Of a DNA stretch of 64,000 bases, positions 12,101 to 25,204 are shown piece after piece. The position numbers and the translations under genes are program-made. The stretch covers positions 2,294,001 through 2,358,000 of the forward strand of contig NW_026782099.1 in the NCBI RefSeq assembly GCF_031769215.1, given 5' to 3'. The notes beneath the pieces are model-generated. The model made no database searches. It had not been told where the DNA came from and saw only the letters and a program-made list of their open reading frames with translations. Position 1 is the stretch's first letter. Every line of letters starts with the position of its first letter. This DNA comes from Ylistrum balloti. Taxonomy: Eukaryota.

Positions 12101-14163
12101 TCAATGTGTATGTTCCTCTCCAAAAAACCTCTAGAGCTTTTGATGAAGGGTTCGTAAAGGTCACTCCCTATTTTTGTGTGTGGGCTTTCTCCCATAAATT
12201 GCTACTTTGTACAAAGGTCTGATTGCAAGGTGGAGATTTTATGGCTGTAATCATAAAATGAATATAAAGTCTGGCTGCGATTGTACTTGATGGATCAATA
12301 TCCTAGGGCTGTATCACCCCTAATCACTGACCAGCCAACCAGAAAGTGGACACTGTATAGCTCCACAGCCTCATACTGCCCCCGTCTTCATCCTCTAAAA
12401 TCTGGATGGACTACTTATTTATGACTGATTCCTGGATCAGTAAAGATACAAAGGTGCCTAGAAAAGCAAAAAAGTCTGGAGACATAGCTCTGGACAAAAC
12501 TGACCAGTCGAGACACACTAATCCCCTATCATTGTAGGGGTTAAAGATCACCCCGAAGGCCTCAATAGTAATGAAAACATCAGACCATATCAAGGGTACT
12601 AAACTTTAACAACAATCAGATACCAGGTAATGATATCAAAACAGATACTGACTCCTACTATTTGTGTCACTTGTGGGCAGTATTGGTTTCTAAATGGAAG
12701 GGCATCCTCTCACAGGGTACTAGAGACATTCAACAGGACCTTAACTGACCACGCTATACACCTTAGTTAATATACCAGATATTCACTAAACCAACATTTT
12801 CAGGAGTATGAGAGAGGTACTTAACAATGCTTCTGATATATATGAAAACAGAACAAATCTTCAGATTTAGAAGCCCTGTATAAGAAGCATGCAGAAAAGA
12901 AGCTGTCAGGATCTATCCGCAATATTGGAGACTTAGCACAGATAAAATTTCACAAGGGAGAGAAAGTATAAATCTACAGTTGCACTAAACAACACGGATT
13001 GTCGCCTACATTAAGTACCTTAACTTAAGTGTTCTAATGACTGCACAGTGTGAGGGAGGTTACTGCATCATCATCCAATTTCGTTCAGGACACACTTCAC
13101 TCACCAAACTTGAGAATTTGGATGATTTCTTCAATAGGAATGACAAGTATTCTGAATCACTTCTCTATTATATTATCATATTTATTTCATCAAAGAGGTT
13201 TGTGTTGGTGTGACACCTTAGTGATGATTCAGACAATCCTCTACAAGACAGCCATTATCATTGGGCTGTGTAGTGATCTCCCCCCTCTATAATCACTATG
13301 GCATCTCCAACTCTTCATATCCCTTCAGTTTTAAACACACAAAATGGCCATGAATAGCACCATTCTATCCCTGGTCATAAATCAGTCACAACCGTCTGAT
13401 AAAGTAAAATAAACTCGTACATGCAGAAAACTATATTTAATTTAACTTTATCTACAAATGAACAACAAAACCAATTTTCTGCAAGATTGACGTCAGCTAA
13501 CAAACGAGAGATGTTAGAATGGATAAGATTAACTCCGCAACGTAGCCATGATAAGCCTGTGTAGACTTTACCTGTGACAGTTTTCCTACATTATCTATGA
13601 CATTTGGAAAGCCCTTTTTGCTGTTTATACAGACTTTACAACAATAGTGCTGATAATGCATCAGTATACCTGTGAAATCTCTAAAAACTTAATATAAATG
13701 GAAGAAAAGAAATGGGATGTCAAAATGGCCACTGTGTCAGGGGCCTACCATTAACCTAAGATTTACAATGTAGACCAGTTGTTACATATTTGCCCAATTC
13801 AATCTTTCTGTATGTACACTGTCAGGGAGATTTTCCTAGATGACTTTGATAAACAGACACGTGTTAGAAGTAGGTGATTTAATAAACTTATGCAATATCA
13901 CACTGTCTGGAATCACCCTGGGCCACAACAGGTATATCGCTCTTGTTACCTGTTTAGCTACCAACTCCCTATCAAGTTACATTGAAACCTGGAGACATGG
14001 TAGGGAAATCACAGGCAGGATTAGGGGAAATATGATATAAAATGATTTGAATCCTGACAAAAGCTTTAGTTGTTGACTACATGGGTAGGTTCAATTGTAA
14101 GTTAAACCTCCATATCAGCTGGTTTTAAATTTTGTTAACTTGTAAGACCTTCATTATTTTAAA

Positions 14164-14466
14164 GACAGGCCTTACCATACTATAGAAACATTGTAATCCC
14201 CAACTCCCTAGAGACAGGCCTTACCATACTATAGAAACATTGTAATCCCCAACTCCCTAGAGACAGGCCTTACCATACTATAGAAACATTGTAACCCCAC
14301 CCCAATCCCTCCATTTCCTAGAGACAGGCCTTACCATACTATAGAAACATTGTAAGCCCTCTATTTCCTAGAGACAGACCTTACCATACTATAGAAACAT
14401 TGTAACCACCCCCTCCCCTCACTCCATTTCCTAGAGACAGGCCTTACCATACTATAGAAACATTGT
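14164..14466. repeat. Tandem repeat: constant GACAGGCCTTACCATACTATAGAAACATTGTAA core with C-rich linkers of variable length
   Basis: Six copies starting at about 14164, 14213, 14262, 14323, 14373 and 14436. Confidence 0.93.
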
Positions 14467-14699
14467 CAGCCCTCCAATATTCTTAGGAACTTGGAGACCC
14501 TTCCATTTTCTCAGGAATTTGGAGGCCCTCCCATATTTTCAGGATGTTGGAAGCCCTACTTTGCTGTCATGGATAATCTAAGATCTTACTTTTTGAGTGT
14601 TATAAAACCTCCTGTATTCTTGTGACAATGCAGACTCTACTATGCCGCTTTTGACAACAGCATCAAGCTCTAATATACACTCATGATAAACAATATGCT

Positions 14700-15285
14700 C
14701 GTAGATACTTGTAAGTACTACAAATACCATCATATACAATTAAAGACGCTACCCTACACTTGTGGATATAATAGATCCTACTGTAACCTTATGTATACTT
14801 GTAGACCCCACTTTACCCGTATACTTGCAGACCCTACTTTACCCATATACTTGCAGACCGTACTTTAATAGTATACTTGTAGACCATACTTTACCCTTGA
14901 AGACACTTGTAGACACTACAATACCCTCATAGACACTTAAAATTGTAGACCTTAATACATCCTCTTGGACACTCATAGACCCTACAACAACCTTGTAGGC
15001 ATTATACCCTACAATACCTTTGTAGGCACTACTAGACCCTACAATACCTACATAATCACTTGTAAACCCTACAATACCTTCATAATCACTTGTAGACCCT
15101 ACAATACCTTTATAGACACTTGTAGACCCTACAATACCTTTATAGACACTTGTAGACCCTATTATACTTTTGTAGACACTTGTATATCCTTCTTTACCCT
15201 TATAGATACTTATTAACCCTACTTTACCCTTGAAGACTCTACTATGCCTTCTAAGACACTTGTTGACCCTACTCTACTCTTATAG
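14700..15285. repeat. Degenerate minisatellite, about 30 bp unit ACACTTGTAGACCCTACAATACCTTTATAG
   Basis: ACTTGTAGACCC recurs at about 30 bp period; best conserved at 15050-15200. Confidence 0.85.
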
Positions 15286-15637
15286 ATGTAAGAATACATT
15301 AATAAACGGTCAAAAAAATATCTTTACAGACAATCTTGAACAAGAAATTTATTTCAAATCACAACATTATACACAAATGTCATCTTTATACAATCATTTA
15401 AAAATAGCTTTGTCCTGAATCAAAAAGCTAAGAATAACACCACTCTGATGCCTAAATTACAGGTTAATTGAATTATTTATAGATGTGTCAAAGTGATGTC
15501 AGTTTTACAATGATTCACTGATGGATTGGGGAAAAGGATAGGTGCCCCTTCTACAATGGTGCTATACCATAATAATCAACAGTAATAACACAAGGCCCTT
15601 TCTTCTAGCTCTGTTTTACTCAATCTCAATGGGTCAG

Positions 15638-15722
15638 TCAACCTTGGTGTTACACTGGGTCAGCCAAAAACTCACCCTTGTGTTGGACTGGGTCAGCCAA
15701 CACCCCAACCTGGTGTTACATT
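15638..15722. repeat. Short degenerate tandem repeat, about 33 bp unit (GTGTTACACTGGGTCAGCCAA core)
   Basis: About 2.5 diverged copies. Confidence 0.6.
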
Positions 15723-16159
15723 AGGATATCTAATTATCAGGCGCTGCCTCTGATCTTGGCTGGAGTTTATCTTAGTTGTCACTCCAAAATCTGGTCACAA
15801 TCTCCTCAAAAACAGCATGATTCTGTGAGTAGATCATAGCCTATCACCCTCTATCATTTCCTTTGATCACCACTTATAAGTGATAGATAGGAGGGTGTCA
15901 CTTAAAGAGACACTCAATCATATTCAATATTAGATTACTAAACAAAAACTATCATCTTCAGATAACCAACGTACTGAAAGATAGAGTTACTGATGCAATT
16001 CACTGTGAAATGATTTATAAACTGTCAAAATCCAAATGCCAATTAGTGCAAAAAATTCTAAATGAATTCAAAATAAAAGTGACTTGTTGCCACATTATTC
16101 ACTGAAGCTGCCGAGGTCATTTGTGATGTATTTGGGAAGTCTATTTGATATTAAAAGAT

Positions 16160-16550
16160 GTGTGGACACACAGTGTATGGGCTACAGGGGTCCCCTTGGA
16201 AGTGTGGACACACAGTATACGGGCTACAGGGGTCCTCTTGGTAGTGTGGACACACAGTGTATGGGCTACAAGGGTCCCCTTGGTAGTGTGGACACACAGT
16301 ATATGGGCTACAGGGGTCCTCTTGGTAGTGGGGACACACAGTGTACAGGCTACAGGGGTCCTCTTGGTAGTGTGGACACATATTTTACAGGCTACAGGGG
16401 TCCTCTTGGTAGTGTGGACACTGTGTATGGGCTACACGTCCCAATGTCTATTGGCTGTCCTCTGTGGGACGTGTGGACACAGGGTCTGTTGGCTGTCCTC
16501 TGTGGGATGTGTGGACACAGAGTCTATTGACTGTCCTCTGGGCATGTGGA
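16160..16550. repeat. Minisatellite, 42 bp unit GTGTGGACACACAGTGTATGGGCTACAGGGGTCCTCTTGGTA, decaying into shorter units
   Basis: Copies at 16160, 16202 and onward, about 6.5 in total, followed by about 23-bp TGTGGACAC/GGCTGTCCTC units. Confidence 0.92.
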
Positions 16551-17089
16551 CAGATTCTGTTAATGTTGTTTACTTAAGTTCCCTAGTGTGGATCAAGAGC
16601 TACCTACTTGTGTCGGGGCAGACTATAAGTTTTCCCAGTACTGCTCCAACAAGACAGTATCTTCAATTACATTTCTTAAAGAAGAGATACAGATAAGGTA
16701 TGAGTAATCACATTCTTATGATAATATAAGACTTATCAAACTATTGAGGACCTTGGTACATGAAAAGCTATATAAAGGTCTCTGTGACATATTGACCTGT
16801 ACACTTCAAACAAAGATTGACCTCCACACCCACAGCTCCCAAGTGTGTATATTGGATAGTAACCTGGGAATGTCCCCACCCTTCTTCATGTTTGTATACC
16901 ATTTCCATAGTCAGAAATACTGCTTACATCAAACTCAACAATTACACACTACAACCATCTGATCAGTAAATAATTTCCAGAACTGTGTGAGACTTAACTT
17001 AAACAATATCAATAGAATAGAAAACAAAATACTTAAAATTCAACATACTTCAAATACCAACCAACTGTAGTGTGTTACAGACTGGTAAC

Positions 17090-18820
17090 CTACCCTCAGA
17101 CTTCCCTGTCCCCACTACACCGTCTGTACTATTGCCTCAGCCTTCCCTGTCCCCACTACACAGTCTGTACTATTCCCTCAGACTTCCCTGTCCCCTAAAC
17201 ACTGTCTGTACTATTGCCTCAGCCTTCCCTGTCCCCACTATACAGTCTGTACTATTCCCTCAGCCTTCCCTGTCCCCACTACACAGTCTGTACTATTGCC
17301 TCAGCCTTCCCTGTCCCCACTATACAGTCTGTACTATTCCCTCAGCCTTCCCTGTCCCCACTACACAGTCTGTACTATTGCCTCAGCCTTCCCTGTCCCC
17401 ACTATACAGTCTGTACTATTCCCTCGGAACTCCATCCCCACTACAGAGTATACTATTCCCTGAGACTTCCCTGTCCCCACTATACAGCCTGTACTATTCC
17501 CTCAGCCTTCCCTGTCCCCACTACACAGTCTGTACTACAGAGGATAGACAGAACATGTACCATTCCCTCAGACTTCCCTGTCCCCTATACACAGTCTGTA
17601 CTATTCCCTCAGCCTTCCCTGTCCCCACTACAAAGTCTGTACTATTCCCTCAGCCTTCCCTGTCCCCACTATACAGTCTGTACTATTCCCTCAGCCTTCC
17701 CTGTCCCCACTACACAGTCTGTACTATTCCCTCAGCCTTCCCTGTCCCCACTACCCAGTCTGTACTATTCCCTCAGCCTTCCCTGTCCCCACTACACAGT
17801 CTGTACTACAGAGGATAGACAGAACATGTACCATTCCCTCAGACTTCCCTGTCCCCTATACACAGTCTGTACTACAGAGGATAGACAGAACATGTACCAT
17901 TCCCTCAGACTTCCCTGTCCCCTATACACAGTCTGTACTATTCCCTCAGCCTTCCCTGTCCCCACTACAAAGTCTGTACTTTTCCCTCAGCCTTCCCTGT
18001 CCCCACTACACCGTCTGTACTATTCCCTCAGAACTCCCTGTCCCCACTACAAAGTCTGCACTATTCCCTCAGAACTCCCTGTCCCCACTACACAGTCTGT
18101 ACTATTCCCTCAGCCTTCCCTGTCCCTACTACACAGTCTGTACTATTCCCTCAGAACTCCCTGTCCCCACTACACAGTCTGTCCTACAGAGGATAGACAG
18201 AACATGTACTATTCCCTCAGACTTCCCTGTCCCCTCTACACAGTCTGTACTATTCCCACAGCCTTCCCTGTCCCCATTACCCAGTCTGTACTATTCCCTC
18301 AGAACTCTGTCCCCACTACCCAGTCTGTACTACAGAGGGTAGACAGAACATGTATACCCTGTCCCCACTTCACAGTCTGTACTATTCCCTCAGAACCCCC
18401 TGTCCCCACTACACAGTCTGTACTATTCCCTCAAAACTCCCTGTCCCCACTACACAGTCTGCTGCACTATTCCCTCAGCCTTCCCTGTCCCCACTACAAA
18501 GTCTGTACTATTCCCTCAGACTTCCCTGTCCCCACTACCCAGTCTGTACTACAGAGGATAGACAGAACATATATACCCTGTCCCCACTACAAAGTCTGTA
18601 CTATTCCCTCGGACTTCCCTGTCCCCACTACAAAGTCTGTACTATTCCCTCGGACTTCCCTGTCCCCACTACAAAGTCTGTGCTATTCCCTCAGACTTCC
18701 ATGTCCCCACTACAAAGTCTGTACTATTCCCTCAGACTTCCCTGTCCCCACTACACAGTCTGTACTACAGAGGATAGACAGAACATGTATACCCTGTCCC
18801 CACTATTCAGTCTGTACTGC
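17090..18820. repeat. Composite minisatellite: 41 bp unit CCTTCCCTGTCCCCACTACACAGTCTGTACTATTCCCTCAG with a recurring ACAGAGGATAGACAGAACATGT insert
   Basis: About 40 units; accounts for the 545-aa and 248-aa low-complexity ORFs. Confidence 0.95.
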
Positions 18821-20699
18821 TTCTGATAATTTATTCACCCAGTTTGGATAATCATGCAGAATCATGACTGAAAATTATCACCCTAATTCTGTTAAATGAT
18901 AAATACGCAGACATGATGAAAACCAGGCAAGCAGAGAGTGGGAAGAAGATGCCTTATAACTTGTCTGAGAGCCGCTAAGTTTGTTTACTTTCTATCCATT
19001 ATAGCATATTTCCCACTTCATAAGCACATGAAAGCAACAACTTGTACATGTATTGTGTACGAGGATTACCCCGAGATAATTAAGTGTAATTCTCAAGTGA
19101 TTTTCTTCACAAACTTGGTACAGCCAACAGTAATTGACCTGCATGTCTGAGTATTAAGAAAACAGAACAATCTTATAGAACAGCTATGGTACAAAAAAAA
19201 TAGCTGTTTTTACTTATATTTTTATAAAACCATTCAGGCACGTAGTTAAATATATATAAACTTTTAACATTTATAAGTTTATAAGTTTTGTAAAATATCA
19301 AAATTTAAATCATAAGTGAGTACCATTTTAATGATTGTGAGTATGATATACAAGTTAAACCAGTAAATAAAACACAAGCCTTTAATGTGATCAGAGAGAT
19401 CAGTGCTTCCCCACTACCTACAGTCAGATGTTAGAATCTGCACATTCTTTATCATTTACATCATTACTCATAGTGCTTGTTTAATTCAATGTGTTGGTAG
19501 AGAAAACATCGAAGAAGATTTCTGACAGCAATGGAAAACAAAAGGATAACATGAAGTTGCAGGATATAAGCTGAACGATTTGCAGCTGCTTGCTGAAGTG
19601 AGACAGATAGTCCTGTCCTAAGTCTGTATAATACACACAGTAGTATATAATTGGTTACTTTTATAATTCCATTAACAATCACCTCTCCTATCGCACTCCT
19701 CCAGTCTGACTTTGTAGTCAGTACACCTATACTATTTTACCTATATGTCTGTTCATTTACTTATCCTATAGTAACAGAATGTACAATCCACAAACTGAAT
19801 GGAAGGGAAAGACTGGAGCTCGGGGATAATGAAAGTAGCCAGGTGTATACTGGTAAATTTTGAAAGGTTATGGTAATTAGAAATGGAAAAAAAAACTCTA
19901 AGTAAATCAGATCCCTCACAGCAAGCTCCCTAGGGTTCATCTGGCTGCTCACCAAATAACAGTAAATCTTGGTATGAAATAAACAGCTACTATCCCTTGT
20001 CTCAGTGTGATACAACACTGTCTCAATTTAATTCAGTCACAGACTTAGTTCAAGGTCAAACTAAAGCAGTGCTAAATTCTGGGCAAGCATCATGCTCTAA
20101 TTATCAATGAAATCAGCTGAAACTGTCCAGTTTGATGCTGAATCTGATAACCTGATGGATAGTGAGAGTCTCCAGCTATAAATGTCAACACTAAAAAATC
20201 TCTACCCAAAGCGGTTGTGCTGTAGGAGGTGTATTTATATCCTGTCCATCAACATCTCCATTAACTTTAAATGTTTTTAGTAATTTGCTCGTTCAAGAGT
20301 AAGACTTTTAAAATTACAGAAAATTCAATTTTACTTGGCATTTGTAGGAGTGAATCATCTAAAAATTAAGAGCAAGCAATTTTGGAGGTCTGACATTTCA
20401 GCAGTTTTGCAGCATCTAAATGTCGACACTGAAGATAATATGAACTGTGCGATGAGGGGAACAATTTTACAGGCACTTACACTTGTCCTCCAGAATTATA
20501 CACTCGGTGTCACCACAGGATGTTAGCTATCAGAAATTTTAAAAAGTTGCAAAAACTAAGTTTCAAACATCAAAGAGAACTGAAATGTACCTTTGAAAAT
20601 TCCTGTCTACAAACAAAAGAGCACTTTTGGTGCAACTACTAAAATAACTGATGTACTAATAGATATAAAAGTACATTAGATATACAATGACCTTTTACA

Positions 20700-21005
20700 T
20701 GACCCAGCCTCAGTTTAGCCAGTGTGGTCAGGACTATAGTTACCTATTACAGGGCCGGACGCCATCGTGGCCATGGCCTATAACAGGGCCTGGCATCAGA
20801 GAGCAGGGCCAAAGTTCCTGGCCTCAGTGTGGCCAAGGACCCAGCTACCTATATGTTGACTTAGTGTGGCCAAGGCCATAGTCACCAGTTATGTGGCCTG
20901 ACTCCAGTGTGATTGGGGCCTTGGTCATCTGTGATAGAACCTATAGCCTTAGAGTGGCCAAGGACATAGTCACCTGTTATAGTGACTGGCCTCAAGGTGA
21001 CCTGG
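20700..21005. repeat. Old degenerate GC-richer tandem repeat (CAGTGTGGCCAAGGAC-like core)
   Basis: The GTGTGGCCAAGG / GTGGCC motif recurs 5-6 times with irregular spacing. Confidence 0.5.
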
Positions 21006-21629
21006 AGGCCCACAAACAAATGGATTCTACATTAGCTGTTTGGCATTGTACACCAGTTATAATAATTATAGGTTTACCCAAGTAGGTTCCAACATTTAGT
21101 TAGCCTAGGATAATAGAGCTACTGTGGTAAGCTATATAACATTGTTACTCACATCTACTGACAGAACATTCAGCTTACAAATGGGTGGCAAAACCTGGTA
21201 ATTCCCAAACATACTGTCACTATTAGTCCATGTATCAATTTGCTGAACAAAACCCATTAACACTATAGCACCATATATGGCTTGATACTTTAACCATGAC
21301 ACAGAGAAAGGGTGTGTTTTGAATGTTTCACGACAAAATCACAATCAAATTATAGTTACTGTTCAACTCAACACTATTACGTATTCATCAATCTATAATC
21401 AAATTTAACTTGACTTTTGAAGTTTTGAAACAATTAACCTTATTTATTACTAGGCAGGAAAGGAACTGACAGGCTTTAAAACTGGTGTTCAATTAAATGG
21501 TAGGAAAGATAGGACTTTGAGGCTTTAATTGTAAAGTGGAAGTAATGGTGGCCATCTGGATATTCCTGCCAAGTCCAGGATGATGATTTCAAAATAGTAA
21601 TGTAGCAAATTGTTGGTATATGCCTATAG

Positions 21630-22385
21630 TCAGAGAAACCCAACTCCTTTACCAAGTAGACCCAGAGAAACTCAACTCCCTCATCAAAAGGACCCAGAGA
21701 AACCTATACCTCACCAAGTAGATCCAGAGAATCCCAACTCCCTCATCAAAAGGACCCAGAGAAACCCATACCTCACCAAGTAGATCCAGAGAATCCCAAC
21801 TCCCTCATCAAAAGGACCCAGAGAAACCTATACCTCACTAAGTAGATCCAGAGAATCCCAACTCCCTCATCAAAAGGACCCAGAGAAACCTATACCTCAC
21901 TAAGTAGATCCAGAGAATCCCAACTCCCTCATCAAAAGGACCCAGAGAAACCTATACCTCACCAAGTAGATCCAGAGAATCCCAACTCCCTCATCAAAAG
22001 GACCCAGAGAAACCTATACCTCACTAAGTAGATCCAGAGGATCCCAACTCCCTCATCAAAAGGACCCAGAGAAAATAGACCAAGTAGACAGAGAATACAA
22101 CTCCCTCATCAAAAGGACCCAGAGAAACCTATACCTGTTCCAGAGGAACACAACTCCCTCATCAAAAGGACCCAGAGAAACCTATACCTCACCAATTAGA
22201 TCCAGAGAATCCCAACTCCCTCATCAAAAGGACCCAGAGAAACCTATACCTCACCAAGTAGATCCAGAGAATCCCAACTCCCTCATCAAAAGGACCCAGA
22301 GAAACCTATACCTCACTAAGTAGATCCAGAGGAACCCTAATGCCCCCACCAAGAGGATTCAGAAAAACCCAACTCCCTTACCAAA
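21630..22385. repeat. Minisatellite, 62 bp dimeric unit (GACCCAGAGAAACCTATACCTCACCAAGTA + GATCCAGAGAATCCCAACTCCCTCATCAAAAG)
   Basis: About 11-12 copies made of two related 30 and 32 bp halves. Confidence 0.95.
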
Positions 22386-23147
22386 TGGATCCAATTAAAA
22401 TGAAATAGCTGGTAACCTGGTAAACTTTTGATAATCCATTACAGCTATAAAGCTCTGAAGAGAAAGTGACAATAATACAATTACAAGATGGTAGTAGAAT
22501 AGATGTTCTTATAACACAACCAGAAGTGAAGGGTTCCAATAAAAATGTGTACAATCACTAAAAGGATACAAAGTTGCCTCTAAATTACATTATGTCAACA
22601 CAGCATTTGGTTATACCTGCTTGTCTAATATAATGGGAAAGGGTTTGTGCCGACACAGTAGATATTGCTTCCCTGCTGGTCACATCAACTGTACCATTAG
22701 TATACAAATATTTTCTAACATGTTTTTCACATGCATCACCCTTATGACAAGAGCAATGAAGGAGAACTTTATAAACTAAACACTGTTCTAATGAGTGGTA
22801 CTGTTGTACTCTGTTTATACGCAGTACCTAATGTCTTCCTGGCATTCCAACTCAGACCATACCATCCTTGTATTATCATTGTAGCGTGTAAGATGTTACA
22901 ACAACTGTTCTATAGATTTATAAAGTCATTTGTCTTTTTAAATACTCACTTTGTGGGTTGCTGTTGTCACTCTAAACATGACCATTTGCAAGTCAATGTT
23001 GTTGAATGTTTGAGAATTCCTACAGTCAACATCTACGCCCTCAACGTCATGTGACCTTTGAGAAATTATTTTGACCTTGAACATTTGGTTTGGAAAACAG
23101 ATTTTGAGCTTTGAGGACATCTTACTTCCCTGAGAATCGGTAAAGTC

Positions 23148-23335
23148 AATATCATGTGACCTCTCAGGGTATCTTGTGACCTGGCGTTGAGAATCTGGTG
23201 AGACCAATATCATGTGACCTCTCAGGGTATCTTGTGACCTGGCATTGAGAATCTGGTGAGACCAATATCATGTGACCTCTGAGGATATCTTTTGACCTTG
23301 GGAATTTGTAGGGCCAATATCATGTGACCTCTAAG
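23148..23335. repeat. Tandem repeat, 58 bp unit AATATCATGTGACCTCTCAGGGTATCTTGTGACCTGGCGTTGAGAATCTGGTGAGACC
   Basis: About 3 copies with degenerate TGTGACC-rich flanks. Confidence 0.85.
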
Positions 23336-23454
23336 AATAATCTTAGGATAAGGTTTTGCAAGGTCAATATTGACTTTTAATCATTTGTGAAGTCAATATT
23401 TTGTGACCATTGTGACAATATGACTATATCATAATTTTCTACCATATGTATTAT

Positions 23455-24470
23455 ATTGTTATAGTGATATCAGAAGACCTCAGACAACAACATACTGTTA
23501 TAGTGATACCAGAAGACCCCAGACAACAACATACTGTTATAGTGATACCAGAAGACCCCAGAAAACAACATACTGTTATAGTGATACCAGAAGACCCCAG
23601 ACAACAACATACTGTTATAGTGATACCAGAAGACCCCAGACAACAACATAATGTTATAGTGATACCAGAAGACCCCAGACAACAACATACTGTTATAGTG
23701 ATACCAGAAGACCCCAGACAACAACATAATGTTATAGTGATACCAGAAGACCCCAGACAACAACATACTGTTATAGTGATACCAGAAGACCCCAGACAAC
23801 AACATACTGTTATAGTGATACCAGAAGACCCCAGACAACAACATACTGTCATAGTGATACCAGAAGACCCCAGACAACAACATACTGTCATAGTGATACC
23901 AGAAGACCCCAGACAACAACATACTGTTATAGAGATACCAGAAGATCCCAGACAAGAACATACTGTTATAGTGATACCAGAAGACCCCAGACAACAACAT
24001 ACTGTCATAGTGATACCAGAAGACCCCAGACAACAACATACTGTCATAGTGATATCAGAAGACCCCAGACAACAACATACTGTTATAGTGATACCAGAAG
24101 ACCCCAGACAACAACATACTGTTATAGTGATACCAGAAGACTCCAGAAAACAACATACTGTTATAGTGATACCAGAAGACCACAGACAACAACATACTGT
24201 CATAGTGATACCAGAAGACCCCAGACAACAACATACTGTCATAGTGATACCAGAAGACCCCAGACAACAACATACTGTCATAGTGATACCAGAAGACTCC
24301 AGACAACAACATACTGTTATATAGTGATACCAGAAGACCCCAGACAACAACATACTGTTATAGTGATACCAGAAGACCCCAGACAACAACATACTGTCAT
24401 AGTGATACCAGAAGACCCCAGACAACAACATACTGTTATAGTGATACCAGAAGACCCCAGACAACAACAG
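23455..24470. repeat. Minisatellite, 39 bp unit ACTGTTATAGTGATACCAGAAGACCCCAGACAACAACAT
   Basis: About 26 copies; produces the spurious TVIVIPEDPRQQH and CCCLGSSGIT ORFs. Confidence 0.96.
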
Positions 24471-25204
24471 GTGTGTCCTTTGATACTGAACGACAGCTCT
24501 GGTAGATCTCCATCCTTTGCTAAATATCAGTCTGATAGTACTGCCAAGACATGAACTGCTTAGCAATAAAAAACATGTTTGTACACTTCTACAACATTTA
24601 CACACAGGAACCTTGATTGACAGTGTATCTCTCCCTGAATGTAGTAAGTGGTACAGCCAATTTCTCCTGCATGGATATTATACTCATCAACACCGGATAT
24701 CATACTTCTCGCCCATCAACAGGACATCAGCATGTCGACAATGTACATCTACATGCATATTGTTCCAAATGAACAACACCCTTTTTTTTTATCTCTCTCA
24801 CGCTAGTAGAAGACATGCTGTTTTGTTGGCTGAATCAACAGCTGTTTGTTTTATACATGTAGGTGTGATATAAGTACCGTGAGTAGAGAGTAAGCAATAA
24901 TGAACACATTATCATATCTGTGTCTATCTCAATTTCTCTTTCCGTCTTACAACTAATTACAACTCTAATCTTCCTATTCACAATGCAAAACAAACGACTT
25001 GTTTAAACTACAAATCATTTTTCAGTGAAATTAAGTCAATATGAAAGAGGAAATGACAAACTTAACAAACATTACAGGACTGTTTTTTTCCGTCTCTTTC
25101 TGATTTTAACACTATAATATTACACTAGTGAGTCAAACTCTACCACTGACCTTACCAACAGGAAAGCAATAACTGACCAACACAAAACACTAGTTTTCAC
25201 AGAA

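Noticed and set aside
11400-13300. Possible retroelement relic (GWNTIGQGVP and DGTPLVKESPRYLV-like peptides)
   Set aside because: Only vague resemblance to RT segments, with overlapping incompatible frames and no catalytic motif.
14164-14466. CRISPR array
   Set aside because: The linkers are mutually related C-rich slippage products, there are no cas genes, and the context is a eukaryotic intron. All other arrays lack spacers entirely.
17072-18851. 545-aa, 248-aa and 158-aa plus-strand ORFs
   Set aside because: They lie entirely within the 41-bp array, are open in several frames, have no domain signature or splice evidence, and are antisense within an intron.
23446-24605. 292-aa (TVIVIPEDPRQQH)n and 384-aa Cys-rich ORFs
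   Set aside because: A stop-free 39-bp minisatellite is open on both strands; there is no unique coding sequence.
24517-24873. 118-aa ORF containing VLLAES, reminiscent of RT YADDxVLLAES
   Set aside because: It lacks the DD residues and any surrounding RT context.
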